A model generated the notes under the pieces. The model ran no database searches. It had not been told where the DNA came from and saw only the letters and a list, made by a program, of their open reading frames with translations. A program made the translations under genes and the position numbers. From NCBI GenBank assembly GCA_963678315.1, contig OY782781.1:576001-640000 (forward strand): a DNA stretch of 64,000 nucleotides. Direction: 5' to 3'. Shown here one piece after another: positions 50,160 through 60,647 of this stretch. Each line of letters begins with the position of its first letter. Within the stretch, counting starts at the first letter, position 1. This DNA comes from Candidatus Cloacimonadales bacterium (GTDB lineage Bacteria > Cloacimonadota > Cloacimonadia > Cloacimonadales > JAFGVF01).

Positions 50160-52532
50160 CTATTTCATCATTATCATTTTGTTAATTTTACTATTGCCAG
50201 CATTTTCTAGTCTATAGAAGTATAATCCGGAAGATACTTTCTTACCTCTGTTATCATGTCCATCCCATACAACAGTATGCTTACCACTGTTTTGAGAAGC
50301 ATTTACTAATGTCTTCACTACTTGTCCTTTGGCATTAAAAACAGTAAGTTTAACTTTACCATTTTCAGTTATATTATATGAAATTGTTGTTTGTGGATTG
50401 AATGGGTTAGGATAGTTGCTAAGTTCCATAGTTACAGCTTGCACAGATTCATCACTGTTAGGAGTAACGCCACTACTGTTTGCAGATCCTGGAGTACCGT
50501 TGCCCATTGAAGCTTGCCAGTTCTCTGCTAGATAGTTATCAGAATTAGCGTCTATGAGTTCAAGTGTGTTGCCCTGACCATCAGGAAGTGTTGACCAGTC
50601 CCCTTCATCTTCATATAAAACGGAATCAATTAAAGTCTCATTTCCATCATAAAGTCTAAGTAATTCACCACCCCCAGCAAGACCAAAGTCAAAATCGCCA
50701 ACATAGTTTGTTACTTCAGGGAATAAAGCAGTAAAGCTCTCAGAATCTTTTGTTAAGACTAGATATGAATCAGCTGCTAGAATTGTGTTTTCAGGAATCT
50801 CAAAGCTGTGATCATCGTCTTCATCTTTAAAAATCCAACCAGATATATTTATTTCTTCTTGGCCAGGGTTATATAATTCTAACCAGTCTCCACTATCAAA
50901 TTCATCAGAAGAATTATAGTTTATTTCATTAATTACGATATTACCAGTCTCTGTTCTAACTTCAGCTACATAAGGTTGGAAGGCTGATTTGCTAGGAAGG
51001 AAGCTACCTTGACTGCTATTCTCACCCCAGAAGTAGTATTCTAAATCACTGTAACCAACTTCTATTTCTGCACCATAGATACCGTCATTTGCTTGACCAT
51101 CATTGTGAGAACCATCGTCAAACATCTCTACTTGACTATATTTATCATAGCTTGAAGATCTATAATATAACCATAATTGATCTACATCATAGGCTTCTAC
51201 ATTGAATGAAGCTGTTGAATTAGCAAATATTTCATTTCCTACAATAGTGTTATTTTCAATAGTTGGAACTGTACCAGAAAACTCACTTTGTTGTTGTAAC
51301 CAGCTACATCTTGTATTCATTAAATATGTTAAACCAACAATAGTTTGAGCTTGTGGACCCCAACCTTCTGAAATAATTGAAGTAATACCATCTGATAACT
51401 GTGAAGTTGTGTAAAATTTGTTTTGATCAGCATTATAATCATCATATATTAAATCTTGAAGTTCATAAGCTCTTGTTTCAAACCAACCACTTTCAAAGAT
51501 GTCTTCTATCATGGTTCTAATATGAGCAATATACATCTTCTTATAAGTATCATTAGTGAGAATTTTATTCAAAATAGGGTAAGTGCTATCATCAGCATTT
51601 AACATTGGATCTAATTGTTGTTTTCCTGAAGCACTTAAGTTACCGTTCCAACCACCGCTTAGAACTTGTGAGAATCCACCAAAAGCCATGTTTAAATCCC
51701 ATATTACAGGGTTAAATCTATTAGTATCATCTTTAATTAAATAGTAGTTGTGAGCAAAGTTAATTGGGGCATCTAGGTTAACAGTTAGGTTATCGAAAGC
51801 AAGCATCCAAAGGTGATTATCAACATTCAAATAGTCTTCTATATTATCAGTATCATTATTTAAGACATCTAAGAATTCAATTAAATCTTCCCAGCCTTCA
51901 TCTGATTCAATCTCATATAGATAAGTATAATCATCAGGATTACTTCCCTCATAACCCCAAATAGTTTCTTCAGAAGGCATACCATTACCAACAATCTCTC
52001 CTTTAAATCTTACATCATTTGTATCAGAAAGATGCTCTCTCATAAACTTTTTATCTACATCTTGAGAACTAGTGTAAATACCGATTAAAGAACCATTAAT
52101 ATAAACATTAGCATAATTAGATTTACCAGCAGGCATATATTGTCTAGCGATTTCATAAGCTAGTGTTTCTCTGACATAAGAAGGATCCATATAGCCATTT
52201 GCAAGCTTGATAGTACCGTATCCATCAATATCTTGATCTTCAATTACATAGTCTAATTTAATATTTAAAGGATTCTTTACTTGGTAGTCTTTGTAAGAAG
52301 AGTTACCCTTATATCGAACTCCAACACTGTCATATTGAACACCATTGATTACAGCAGTAGCCAGTAATCTTTCCCCTTGATCTGCTTCATAATAATTATC
52401 TAAGATTGCGTCCCAATTTGATTCTTCGAAGGTTAGTTCTATTGTGTTAATTGTATTCATATCATAAAAGTCATCAGCCATCATTATGTTAACTGCCATT
52501 AATACTATTATTAGAATAAATGTCTTTTTCAT
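50160..52532 (-). CDS. Secreted CotH-kinase-family protein with lamin-tail domain and CTD
   Basis: GVRYKGNSS, HNYYL, WDLN; INEINY..DWLELYN..GTPG; YPNPFNP CTD. Confidence 0.88.
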   Translation of the reverse strand: MKKTFILIIVLMAVNIMMADDFYDMNTINTIELTFEESNWDAILDNYYEADQGERLLATAVINGVQYDSVGVRYKGNSSYKDYQVKNPLNIKLDYVIEDQDIDGYGTIKLANGYMDPSYVRETLAYEIARQYMPAGKSNYANVYINGSLIGIYTSSQDVDKKFMREHLSDTNDVRFKGEIVGNGMPSEETIWGYEGSNPDDYTYLYEIESDEGWEDLIEFLDVLNNDTDNIEDYLNVDNHLWMLAFDNLTVNLDAPINFAHNYYLIKDDTNRFNPVIWDLNMAFGGFSQVLSGGWNGNLSASGKQQLDPMLNADDSTYPILNKILTNDTYKKMYIAHIRTMIEDIFESGWFETRAYELQDLIYDDYNADQNKFYTTSQLSDGITSIISEGWGPQAQTIVGLTYLMNTRCSWLQQQSEFSGTVPTIENNTIVGNEIFANSTASFNVEAYDVDQLWLYYRSSSYDKYSQVEMFDDGSHNDGQANDGIYGAEIEVGYSDLEYYFWGENSSQGSFLPSKSAFQPYVAEVRTETGNIVINEINYNSSDEFDSGDWLELYNPGQEEINISGWIFKDEDDDHSFEIPENTILAADSYLVLTKDSESFTALFPEVTNYVGDFDFGLAGGGELLRLYDGNETLIDSVLYEDEGDWSTLPDGQGNTLELIDANSDNYLAENWQASMGNGTPGSANSSGVTPNSDESVQAVTMELSNYPNPFNPQTTISYNITENGKVKLTVFNAKGQVVKTLVNASQNSGKHTVVWDGHDNRGKKVSSGLYFYRLENAGNSKINKMIMMK

Positions 52533-52634
52533 TTTTAACTCCCAAATCTTTCTTTAAAAACATGTTTCTAACCTTTATGACTTAACTATGTTAATTATCC
52601 TTCACTTTTTTTTATTATTTTTGTTTTTTTATTG

Positions 52635-53578
52635 TTTTATCAATTGATTATAAGGTCATCCTTACTTGCCACCTTGAAAAAAAGCCAATTTTTCAAGGAG
52701 ACCCTTAAGGAAGGAGTTAGGAGGGAGGAGTTAGAAGTTAGAAGTAGTGGAGTGTAAGCATCCACCGAAGGTTGAACGGAATTCATGCTTACGCAAATTG
52801 ATTCGTAAGCTGGGAAGCTTACAATCCCAGTGTGAGTTTTTCGTAAGCTAGGAAGCTTACAATCCCAGTGTGAGTTTTTCGTAAGCTAGGAAGCTTACAA
52901 TCCCGGTTTGTGTTTTCGTAGCCAGAGATGGAGTGTAAGCATCCACCGATAGGTTGAACGAAGTTCATGCTTACGCAAAGAGAAGCACTTTACTTTCGTA
53001 AGCTAGGAAGCTTACAATCCCAGTGTGAGTTTTTCGTAAGCTAGGAAGCTTACAATCCCGGTTTGTGTTTTCGTAGCCAGAGATGGAGTGTAAGCATCCA
53101 CCGATAGGTTGAACGAAGTTCATGCTTACGCAAAGAGAAGCACTTTACTTTCGTAAGCTAGAAGCTTACAATCCCAGTGTGAGTTTTTCGTAAGCTAGGA
53201 AGCTTACAATCCCAGTGTGAGTTTTTCGTAAGCTAGGAAGCTTACAATCCCGGTTTGTGTTTTCGTAGCCAGAGATGGAGTGTAAGCATCCACCGATAGG
53301 TTGAACGAAGTTCATGCTTACGCAAAGAGAAGCACTTTACTTTCGTAAGCTAGGAAGCTTACAATCCCGGTTTGTGTTTTCGTAGCCAGAGATGGAGTGT
53401 AAGCATCCACCGATAGGTTGAACGAAGTTCATGCTTACGCAAAGAGAAGCACTTTACTTTCGTAAGCTAGAAGCTTTCAATCCCAGTGTGAGTTTTTCGT
53501 AAGCTGGGAAGCTTACAATCCCAAACAGCTTTCGCAAGCAAGGACTGTGACAGGCGAAGACTGTTGCTTGCAAGCCAA
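52635..53578 (+). repeat. Mosaic REP-like element, copy E4, expanded into a higher-order tandem array
   Basis: Same head; 11 copies of a ~38-bp GTAAGCT..AGCTTAC module, 5 of a GTAAGCAT..ATGCTTAC module and 1 GCAAGCAA..TTGCTTGC module. Confidence 0.95.
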
Positions 53579-53630
53579 AATAAATCCCAAAACTTCTAAG
53601 CTCTTAAAAAGTATGTTTCTTAGTATCTTT

Positions 53631-54797
53631 TTATTGCTTCTTCTTCATCATTAGAACAATAGGGATTATACCTAAAGCTAAATAGCCACCTACTCTATAT
53701 GTAGTTACAAGATTAAAACTATCTCCGATAAGTCCTATAGCAAGTGAGGCTAGAGATGCTATCATAAAGTTAATAGTCATATACATACCATTAACAAAGG
53801 CTTGTCTATTTGTATCGTAATCATGAACATAAGCAAGTATTATTGGGTTTGTAAAGAACATAAAGAAACCGAGAAGAGCTAGCACTATCAAAGCAGAAGT
53901 TCCACTTAAATAAGTGTAGGCTATCATTAAGATTGGAGATGCTATCGCCATAATTAATAAGGCATTTTTACGGCCGATATAATCTGAGATTGTTCCTGCA
54001 GTTAAGGTTCCTAAAGCTCCTGCAAACTGCATAACTGACAGAGAAATACTGGCTACAAGAAGTGTAGAACCTGATTCTGTCATGTAGGTAGGCAAGAAGT
54101 TCATTAGTCCTTGCTTCATAACAGATTGAAAAGCTACTATACCACCCACAGTTAAGAAAATAGGCATCATGTATTTCAGAACTTGAGAATGACTTTCTTG
54201 CTTAGTTTCTAAGCTTGTTGGAGCAACTTTCTTTGAATCTTGCTCTACTTTATGAATCTTTATAAAAATTAGAAAGGACAATAAATATCCAATTGGTATT
54301 AATCGCCAGACTCCTTCAAGAGTCCAATATGAGATTGCACTGGTGATAACAAGAGGACCCAGCGACCTGGCTAGTTCTCCACCAAGCATATAAAAGCTCA
54401 TACCTGTTCCCTTATTATTACCTGAGACCTTCTTTATTAGCACAGGAGAAGGAACATGAATGAGGGTAGAACCGAAACCGGCTAGGAGTAACAATAGAAA
54501 AAGAGTTGCAAAGTTTTCAGCAATGCCCATCAGAGTCATGGAAGTAACAGCAATAGCAGGAGCCGATGCGACTAGGTACTTGAGTTTTAACCTATCAGAA
54601 TAAGACCCTATGAAGGGATTTAGAAGATTAGGCAGTCTTAGTGCAATTGGCAATAAACTTGCTAAAAACAGGCTAAATCCAAGCTTATCTTTTAGAAGGG
54701 GTAGCATGATAGCAAAAAAGGCAGTAAAAGTGTCATGTAGCATATGAGCTACAGAGATTGTTATTACATTGGCAAGCTGAAACTTATTATTCTTCAT
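53631..54797 (-). CDS. MFS transporter (Fsr-like)
   Basis: About 12 TM helices, GSYSDR and GTISDYIGRK motifs. Confidence 0.88.
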   Translation of the reverse strand: MKNNKFQLANVITISVAHMLHDTFTAFFAIMLPLLKDKLGFSLFLASLLPIALRLPNLLNPFIGSYSDRLKLKYLVASAPAIAVTSMTLMGIAENFATLFLLLLLAGFGSTLIHVPSPVLIKKVSGNNKGTGMSFYMLGGELARSLGPLVITSAISYWTLEGVWRLIPIGYLLSFLIFIKIHKVEQDSKKVAPTSLETKQESHSQVLKYMMPIFLTVGGIVAFQSVMKQGLMNFLPTYMTESGSTLLVASISLSVMQFAGALGTLTAGTISDYIGRKNALLIMAIASPILMIAYTYLSGTSALIVLALLGFFMFFTNPIILAYVHDYDTNRQAFVNGMYMTINFMIASLASLAIGLIGDSFNLVTTYRVGGYLALGIIPIVLMMKKKQ

Positions 54798-55140
54798 TTT
54801 TGTTAAGTTGGTCCCAGAAGTCAAAAGCCCTTCTAAGATGAGGAATTACAATTGAACCACCAACTAGCATTCCAATTGAAAGCGCTTCTTCAATCTCTTT
54901 ATCTGTATAATTAAGATCATGACATTTCTTTAAGTGATATTTCACACAATCATCACATCTTAAAACCAGAGATGAAACCAAGCCTAAGAGCTCTTTTGTT
55001 TTAGCTGGAAGAGCACCATCACGGTACATCTGATTATCAAGTGAAAGAAACCTATTTGATTCTAAACCAGTGTATTTAAACATTATTTCATTAAGTCTAT
55101 CTCTTTCATCTGCAAATTCTTTATATTTAGTCTTTTTCAT
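54787..55140 (-). CDS. Carboxymuconolactone decarboxylase/AhpD-family protein
   Basis: GAL..KTKEL, LRCDDCVKYH. Confidence 0.85.
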   Translation of the reverse strand: MKKTKYKEFADERDRLNEIMFKYTGLESNRFLSLDNQMYRDGALPAKTKELLGLVSSLVLRCDDCVKYHLKKCHDLNYTDKEIEEALSIGMLVGGSIVIPHLRRAFDFWDQLNKNEE

Positions 55141-55187
55141 AAGCCCTTTCTTGATTTAATTAATAGAATTGTTTAACTGTAGTAAGT

Positions 55188-57704
55188 TTATTTTGGAGAG
55201 CAAAGAGCATCCATTTTCTCATAAAGCTCTAACTTCTTGATTGGCTTAGCAACAAATTCGTTACAGCCCATAGTTAGATACTTATCTCTTTCTTCATGCA
55301 TAGCAAAAGCTGTAAGTGCTATAACCGGGAAGTCTTTATATTCAGGGTTTTTACGAATATTCTTTATTGTAGTCATACCATCCATTACTGGCATTTGCAT
55401 ATCAAGAAGAAGGATATCATAATGGCCTTCCTCAAGTTTATCTAAAGCTATTTGTCCGTTATCAGCAAGATCACACTTAATATTTACTTTCTTTAGAATA
55501 GAGCGGATAAGTTTTTGGTTGATTTTGTTATCTTCTGCTACAAGAACCTTTAGATGACTTAAATCATAATCAATCTTATCATCCTTAGCTTTAAGTTGGA
55601 TATTCTTAGTGGACTTCTTTAGTGGAAGTTTGATAGTAAAAGTAGTACCAACATTTAATTCTGATTTTACTTCAACAAAACCATTCATGGAATCAATAAT
55701 ATTCTTTACGATAGCAAGCCCTAATCCGGTACCTGATGTTATCTTCTTATCATGGTGCTTTATCTGCTCAAAGGCATCAAATATCTTATTAACTCTATCT
55801 TTAGGAATACCAACACCAGTATCTTTAATCTCAAAGATAGCTAGGTTATTCCTGTGAGAAATAGTGAGGGTAATCTTACCTCTTTCAGTATAATTTACAG
55901 CGTTGGAAAGTACATTGATTAGAACTTGTTTAATTTTCAGCTCATCCCCAATTACATTCTCAGGAATAATATCATTCTTGTAAGTTTCAAGTTTAAGATC
56001 CTTTTGAGAAGCAGAAACCTGAATAAGCCTTGTAACTTCATCAAGCATATTCTTGAATGAGAATTCTTTATCAGTGATTCTTTCATTACCAAGCTCAACT
56101 CTTGAGAGCTCTAAAATATTGTTTATGATGTTTAGTAGGTGCTCCCCAGAAGAAACAATGGTACGCAGTTTATCACGTTTATCCATGTCAGTTTCCACAT
56201 CGTAAATAAGCTGAGCGAAGCCATTTATAGCATTCAAAGGCGTGCGTATTTCATGACTCATGTGAGATAAGAATGTAGATTTAGCAAGACTTGCAGCCTC
56301 AGCCTTCTCTTTAGAAATCTTGAGCTTATTCTCAAACTCTTTCATTTCAGAAACATCAATGAGATACTCAAAGAAACCAATACACTTATCATTTTGATTA
56401 AAAGTAAGATTAGTGTGGTCTTTAACCCAAATCTCAGTATTGTCTTTCTTGATAATCTTGTATGGTTCATGAGTGTAGTGTTCTTTATGTTCTTCCAAAT
56501 ATTTATTAGCTTCCTTGAACAACTGCTCTTTGTTATCATTTGCTATCAAATCATTGATATCAAGATTCTCTCTCAGAAACTCTTCTTTAGTGTAGCCAGT
56601 AAAATGATGAACATTATCAGAAATCCAGTCTACCTTTTTCTTTCCACCAATATAAGAACACTTCAATATCATGACAGGACCGTTCCTGAATAAGTTTCTT
56701 TCATTCATGAGGTTCTGTTGATGTTCTCTTCTTTCTGTAATATCAGTAAAACCAATTAAGATAGACCTGTCTTCCATTTTGGTTATGCTTAGCTTGAAGA
56801 TGTGAACTCCTAAATCAATGTTGATTGGGAATTCTTCAATAACAAATGATTCTTCACTATGCCCTAATGATAATTCCCTAATCTTTCTAATAAAGAATTC
56901 ACGATCTTTATAATCACTTGCATAAGTTAACATAAATTCTAAGATTGTGTGGTTAACTAATGGCTTTTTAAACTTGTTTAGAATATTCTTGTTAGCATAA
57001 ACAATCTTTGAGTCATTGATTATTATTAGGGGATATGGCACTTCATCTAAAGCCATTCTAAGCCCAAGTTTACTTTGCACAGTATTATCAGAAACAAAGA
57101 AATCTTCTGTTTCATCATGAATGGTTATAGTCTTATATGTTTTCCCGTGCACAGTTATTAAGTTAAACATTGACACTTTTAAATAAGATACCCTTCCATT
57201 TAGGATACCATCAAAAGTAAATTCTTGCTTACCTTGTCCTGAACATAAGCTTTTCTCTTTTGCATAGAATATGTCCATATCTTCAGTAGATATATTGAAG
57301 AAAGTTAAGATTTCACTAACATCGAATTGTTCTCTAGACTCAAGGAATGAATCAAGATCTTTGCTTAAGGAATTATGGAGAGAAGTAGTTTTACCTTTGT
57401 TATCTCGGCATAGAATTATTGTGGACCTTGATTCTGCAAGGTTTTTAACTAAAGGGCAAAGATTATCCAAAGCAGTCAGATTATTTGAAAGGTTGAGCTT
57501 TTCAACTATATCTTCATGAGAAAATCCTAATTTAATGTAATTATCGATAAGCACTAATTTATCAATAATATCACATGAAAGTTCTGCTTCAGCGTAGTTG
57601 GTGAGCTTTTCATCAACGAACAAATATTGGTAAAAATCCTTTAAGTTCTCTTCTTTGAGTCCCAAGTTTTCTATCAACTCTAATAACTTAATTTTCTTCT
57701 CCAT
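55188..57704 (-). CDS. Cytoplasmic PAS-domain hybrid histidine kinase/response regulator
   Basis: MSHEIRTPLN, NAVNYT, DTGVG, GTGLGL; receiver AEDN..LDMQMP..KP. Confidence 0.92.
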   Translation of the reverse strand: MEKKIKLLELIENLGLKEENLKDFYQYLFVDEKLTNYAEAELSCDIIDKLVLIDNYIKLGFSHEDIVEKLNLSNNLTALDNLCPLVKNLAESRSTIILCRDNKGKTTSLHNSLSKDLDSFLESREQFDVSEILTFFNISTEDMDIFYAKEKSLCSGQGKQEFTFDGILNGRVSYLKVSMFNLITVHGKTYKTITIHDETEDFFVSDNTVQSKLGLRMALDEVPYPLIIINDSKIVYANKNILNKFKKPLVNHTILEFMLTYASDYKDREFFIRKIRELSLGHSEESFVIEEFPINIDLGVHIFKLSITKMEDRSILIGFTDITERREHQQNLMNERNLFRNGPVMILKCSYIGGKKKVDWISDNVHHFTGYTKEEFLRENLDINDLIANDNKEQLFKEANKYLEEHKEHYTHEPYKIIKKDNTEIWVKDHTNLTFNQNDKCIGFFEYLIDVSEMKEFENKLKISKEKAEAASLAKSTFLSHMSHEIRTPLNAINGFAQLIYDVETDMDKRDKLRTIVSSGEHLLNIINNILELSRVELGNERITDKEFSFKNMLDEVTRLIQVSASQKDLKLETYKNDIIPENVIGDELKIKQVLINVLSNAVNYTERGKITLTISHRNNLAIFEIKDTGVGIPKDRVNKIFDAFEQIKHHDKKITSGTGLGLAIVKNIIDSMNGFVEVKSELNVGTTFTIKLPLKKSTKNIQLKAKDDKIDYDLSHLKVLVAEDNKINQKLIRSILKKVNIKCDLADNGQIALDKLEEGHYDILLLDMQMPVMDGMTTIKNIRKNPEYKDFPVIALTAFAMHEERDKYLTMGCNEFVAKPIKKLELYEKMDALCSPK

Positions 57705-57897
57705 ATATCACCCATATAAATATTTATACTTTATTTTCTTATTTAGTTACGTTTGTCAAGTAATATCGCTATATCTAATATAATTATTCCATAAACAAAG
57801 ATTTTTATTTTCTAATAATAAAGCTAAGAAAAGAGAATCTAGTCCAAGTTTAAGGATAAAATTCTCTTTGAAAAACTTCTTTATGGTAGTATTATTA

Positions 57898-59037
57898 TTA
57901 ATAAGCTAGAATAAGAATAGCCTCAATATCTTCTCTATTCAGTTTGCTCATAGCACCAATAGATGGGAATTCCATTATCTTATCAGCGATTGCCTTTAAA
58001 TCACTCTTTTGAATGCAGAGATCTCTTAATGATATAGGATTACCCCACTCACGAAGCTTAGTCCTCATATTGATAAGAGCAGCAATAAAGTTATCTGCCC
58101 CCCACACTTTGCACCAGCGAGTAAACTTGCTAGGATATCTAATAGCCATGAACTCTATCCAAGCAGGGAATATAACTCCCAGTCCAGCACCGTGAGCAAC
58201 TCTCGGATACAAGGCTGAGATACCGTGTTCAATAATATGACATGCCCAATCTCCACCACTCATTCCAATTCCTGAGATACCATTAAGCGCTAGGGTAGCA
58301 GACCATGCCAAACTAGCTCTAGCATTGTAGTCATGAGGATTTGCTTGTAGCTTATCAGTAGCTCTGATAACAGACATCATTAAAGCTTCATCAAGGCTTA
58401 GCGTTACATCGTTATCTTCAGAAATAAAGTAATACTCCATAATATGAGCAAGAGCGTCAATGGCTCCATTAACTGTCTGATTCCATGGTAAGCTAAACTG
58501 TACAGAAGGGTCTATGATAGAGACTTTCGGGTAAAGAAGATCTGAGCCTCCACCCCACTTTTGCTGGGTTTCTGAATTAGTTATAACGAAGCCTGAATTC
58601 ATCTCAGAACCTGTAGCTGATATTGTTAGAACTGTATAAATAGGAAGTGCTTTTGTTGCCTTAACCCTTCTTTGCATAAACATCCAGACATCATCTAAGT
58701 AAAAGCCAACAGCAATAGCTTTAGCAGAGTCAATTACAGATCCTCCACCAACTGCAAGTATAGCTTGAACTTCATTATCTCTTGCAAAAGCAATAGCTTC
58801 ATTTACCTTACTTAAAACAGGGTTTGCTTGCACACCCCACATTTCCACAAATTCTATCTTGTTCTTTTGTAAAGAATCAATCGTTTGTTCATAAACTCCA
58901 TTCTTCTTGATAGAACCGCCACCTGCCAAGAGAAGTACCTTCCCTATCTTGTCAGCGACTAGCTCTTTAGCTATTTCACTTATCTTATCTTTCCCGAATA
59001 TTATCTTTGTCGGGTTATAGAAATTAAAATCATTCAT
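57898..59037 (-). CDS. Iron-containing alcohol (butanol-type) dehydrogenase
   Basis: NPTKIIFG, GGGSVID, ATGSEMN, His ligands. Confidence 0.9.
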   Translation of the reverse strand: MNDFNFYNPTKIIFGKDKISEIAKELVADKIGKVLLLAGGGSIKKNGVYEQTIDSLQKNKIEFVEMWGVQANPVLSKVNEAIAFARDNEVQAILAVGGGSVIDSAKAIAVGFYLDDVWMFMQRRVKATKALPIYTVLTISATGSEMNSGFVITNSETQQKWGGGSDLLYPKVSIIDPSVQFSLPWNQTVNGAIDALAHIMEYYFISEDNDVTLSLDEALMMSVIRATDKLQANPHDYNARASLAWSATLALNGISGIGMSGGDWACHIIEHGISALYPRVAHGAGLGVIFPAWIEFMAIRYPSKFTRWCKVWGADNFIAALINMRTKLREWGNPISLRDLCIQKSDLKAIADKIMEFPSIGAMSKLNREDIEAILILAY

Positions 59038-59112
59038 CTGAACCACCATTAAAAGCAATTTTATTTATAATATAAATTTACATTTAGCTAAAGCAAATAA
59101 TTTAATACTTAA

Positions 59113-59916
59113 TTACTTTTTGATAAAGGTAGTAATAAGGTATGAAGCTCCAGCTAGAACAATTATAACTGCCCCAGTAGGAAGATTTAATTCATAGGAA
59201 GCCCACAAGCCAGAAATAGTAAAGATAAAGCCCAGAATAGTTGCCCAGACCATCATTCCACCGATTGACCTAGTAAACTGTCTGCTGATTGCAGCTGGTA
59301 AGGTTAAAAGAGCAATAACAAGAATAATGCCCACGACTCTTATCAACATTACCACGCTTAGTGATATTAAGCAAAGAAGCAAGATATAGAGAAAGTTGAC
59401 TGGAATATTCTTTAACCTAGCAAACTCTTCATCAAAGATAATAGCTACAAACTGTCTATAGAATAACAATACTACACCAATAATGAAGACATCAAGCGCT
59501 AGTAGTAGCCAAATATCCATATCTGTAACTAACAATATATTACCGAATAGATAAGTCATTAAGTTAGTATTATATCCAGGTGTTAAAGACATAAATATTA
59601 TGCCCACAGCCATACCCACAGCCCAAAAGGCACTCAGAACAGTATCTTCGTTTTGCTTCTTATTCAGTTTTACCCAGCCAATTAACACTGCAGCTAGGAT
59701 AGCAAATACAAATGCTCCTAAGTTTGGGTTTAGCCCAAGATAGACAGCTATTCCAATGCCACCTAATACTGAATGGGCAATTGCTCCACTTACAAAAGAT
59801 ATTCTTTTTACTACTACCAATGAGCCAGACACTCCGCAGGCAATACTTGCTAGAATTCCAGCAAAAAAGGCATTAATTAAGAAAGGTGTTGAGGTTAGTG
59901 CTTGTAAAAATTCCAT
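59113..59916 (-). CDS. znuB: Zn/Mn ABC transporter permease
   Basis: AIAHSVLGG, YLFGNIL, FDEEFA. Confidence 0.88.
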   Translation of the reverse strand: MEFLQALTSTPFLINAFFAGILASIACGVSGSLVVVKRISFVSGAIAHSVLGGIGIAVYLGLNPNLGAFVFAILAAVLIGWVKLNKKQNEDTVLSAFWAVGMAVGIIFMSLTPGYNTNLMTYLFGNILLVTDMDIWLLLALDVFIIGVVLLFYRQFVAIIFDEEFARLKNIPVNFLYILLLCLISLSVVMLIRVVGIILVIALLTLPAAISRQFTRSIGGMMVWATILGFIFTISGLWASYELNLPTGAVIIVLAGASYLITTFIKK

Positions 59917-59917
59917 C

Positions 59918-60646
59918 TTACAAACCACACTGGTGTTTAATATGTTTCATTGGGCCATTATACATTTCAGCATTCTCCTCAGAACAAACATCATTGATAT
60001 CATGAGTATTAAGATTGACATTAACACAAAAGACTCTATTAACATACTTTGTTACAAAATTAACGTCATGAGTTACCAAGATAATAGTCATCTTTTTATT
60101 TAGATCATGTAGAAGCTCATATATATCTTGTTCAACCGAAATATCCACAGAAGCAGTAGGTTCATCTAGAATTAGGAGTTCAGGGTCGTCTAAAAGAGCT
60201 CTAGCAATCAAAGCACGTTGTCTCTGTCCTCCTGATAACTCTTGAAGAAACCTATTTTCAAAGTCTTCAATTTTGAGCTGTTTAAGAATTGATTCAGCTT
60301 TCAGAATATCTTCTTTTGCATACTTAACAAATAAAGAATTCTTCCTTAATTTACTCTGTAGCACCATATCAATTAATCTTAAAGGAAAGTCTTGTCTATG
60401 AGTAATAAACTGAGGTACATAGCCAATTCTATGCAGGTTTTTCTCTGGTTTATCACCAAATATCATAACCTGGCCTGAATCTGCTTTAATTTGATTTAGA
60501 ATTAACTTTAGTAGTGTAGACTTCCCACCCCCATTAGGACCTACAATCGCTATGAAATCATTCTTTTCAATAGTGAAATTAATCTTAGCGAGAGTAGGAG
60601 TCTTACTATAAGAAAAGTTTACATCTTTAAATTCAACAATACTCAT
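59918..60646 (-). CDS. znuC: Zn/Mn ABC transporter ATPase
   Basis: GPNGGGKST, IGYVPQ, LSGGQ, His/Cys-containing tail. Confidence 0.88.
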   Translation of the reverse strand: MSIVEFKDVNFSYSKTPTLAKINFTIEKNDFIAIVGPNGGGKSTLLKLILNQIKADSGQVMIFGDKPEKNLHRIGYVPQFITHRQDFPLRLIDMVLQSKLRKNSLFVKYAKEDILKAESILKQLKIEDFENRFLQELSGGQRQRALIARALLDDPELLILDEPTASVDISVEQDIYELLHDLNKKMTIILVTHDVNFVTKYVNRVFCVNVNLNTHDINDVCSEENAEMYNGPMKHIKHQCGL

Positions 60647-60647
60647 T

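Noticed and set aside
52803..53523. CRISPR array (38-bp palindromic repeats)
   Set aside because: The sequences between repeats are themselves repeated, there are no unique spacers, and no cas genes are in the window.
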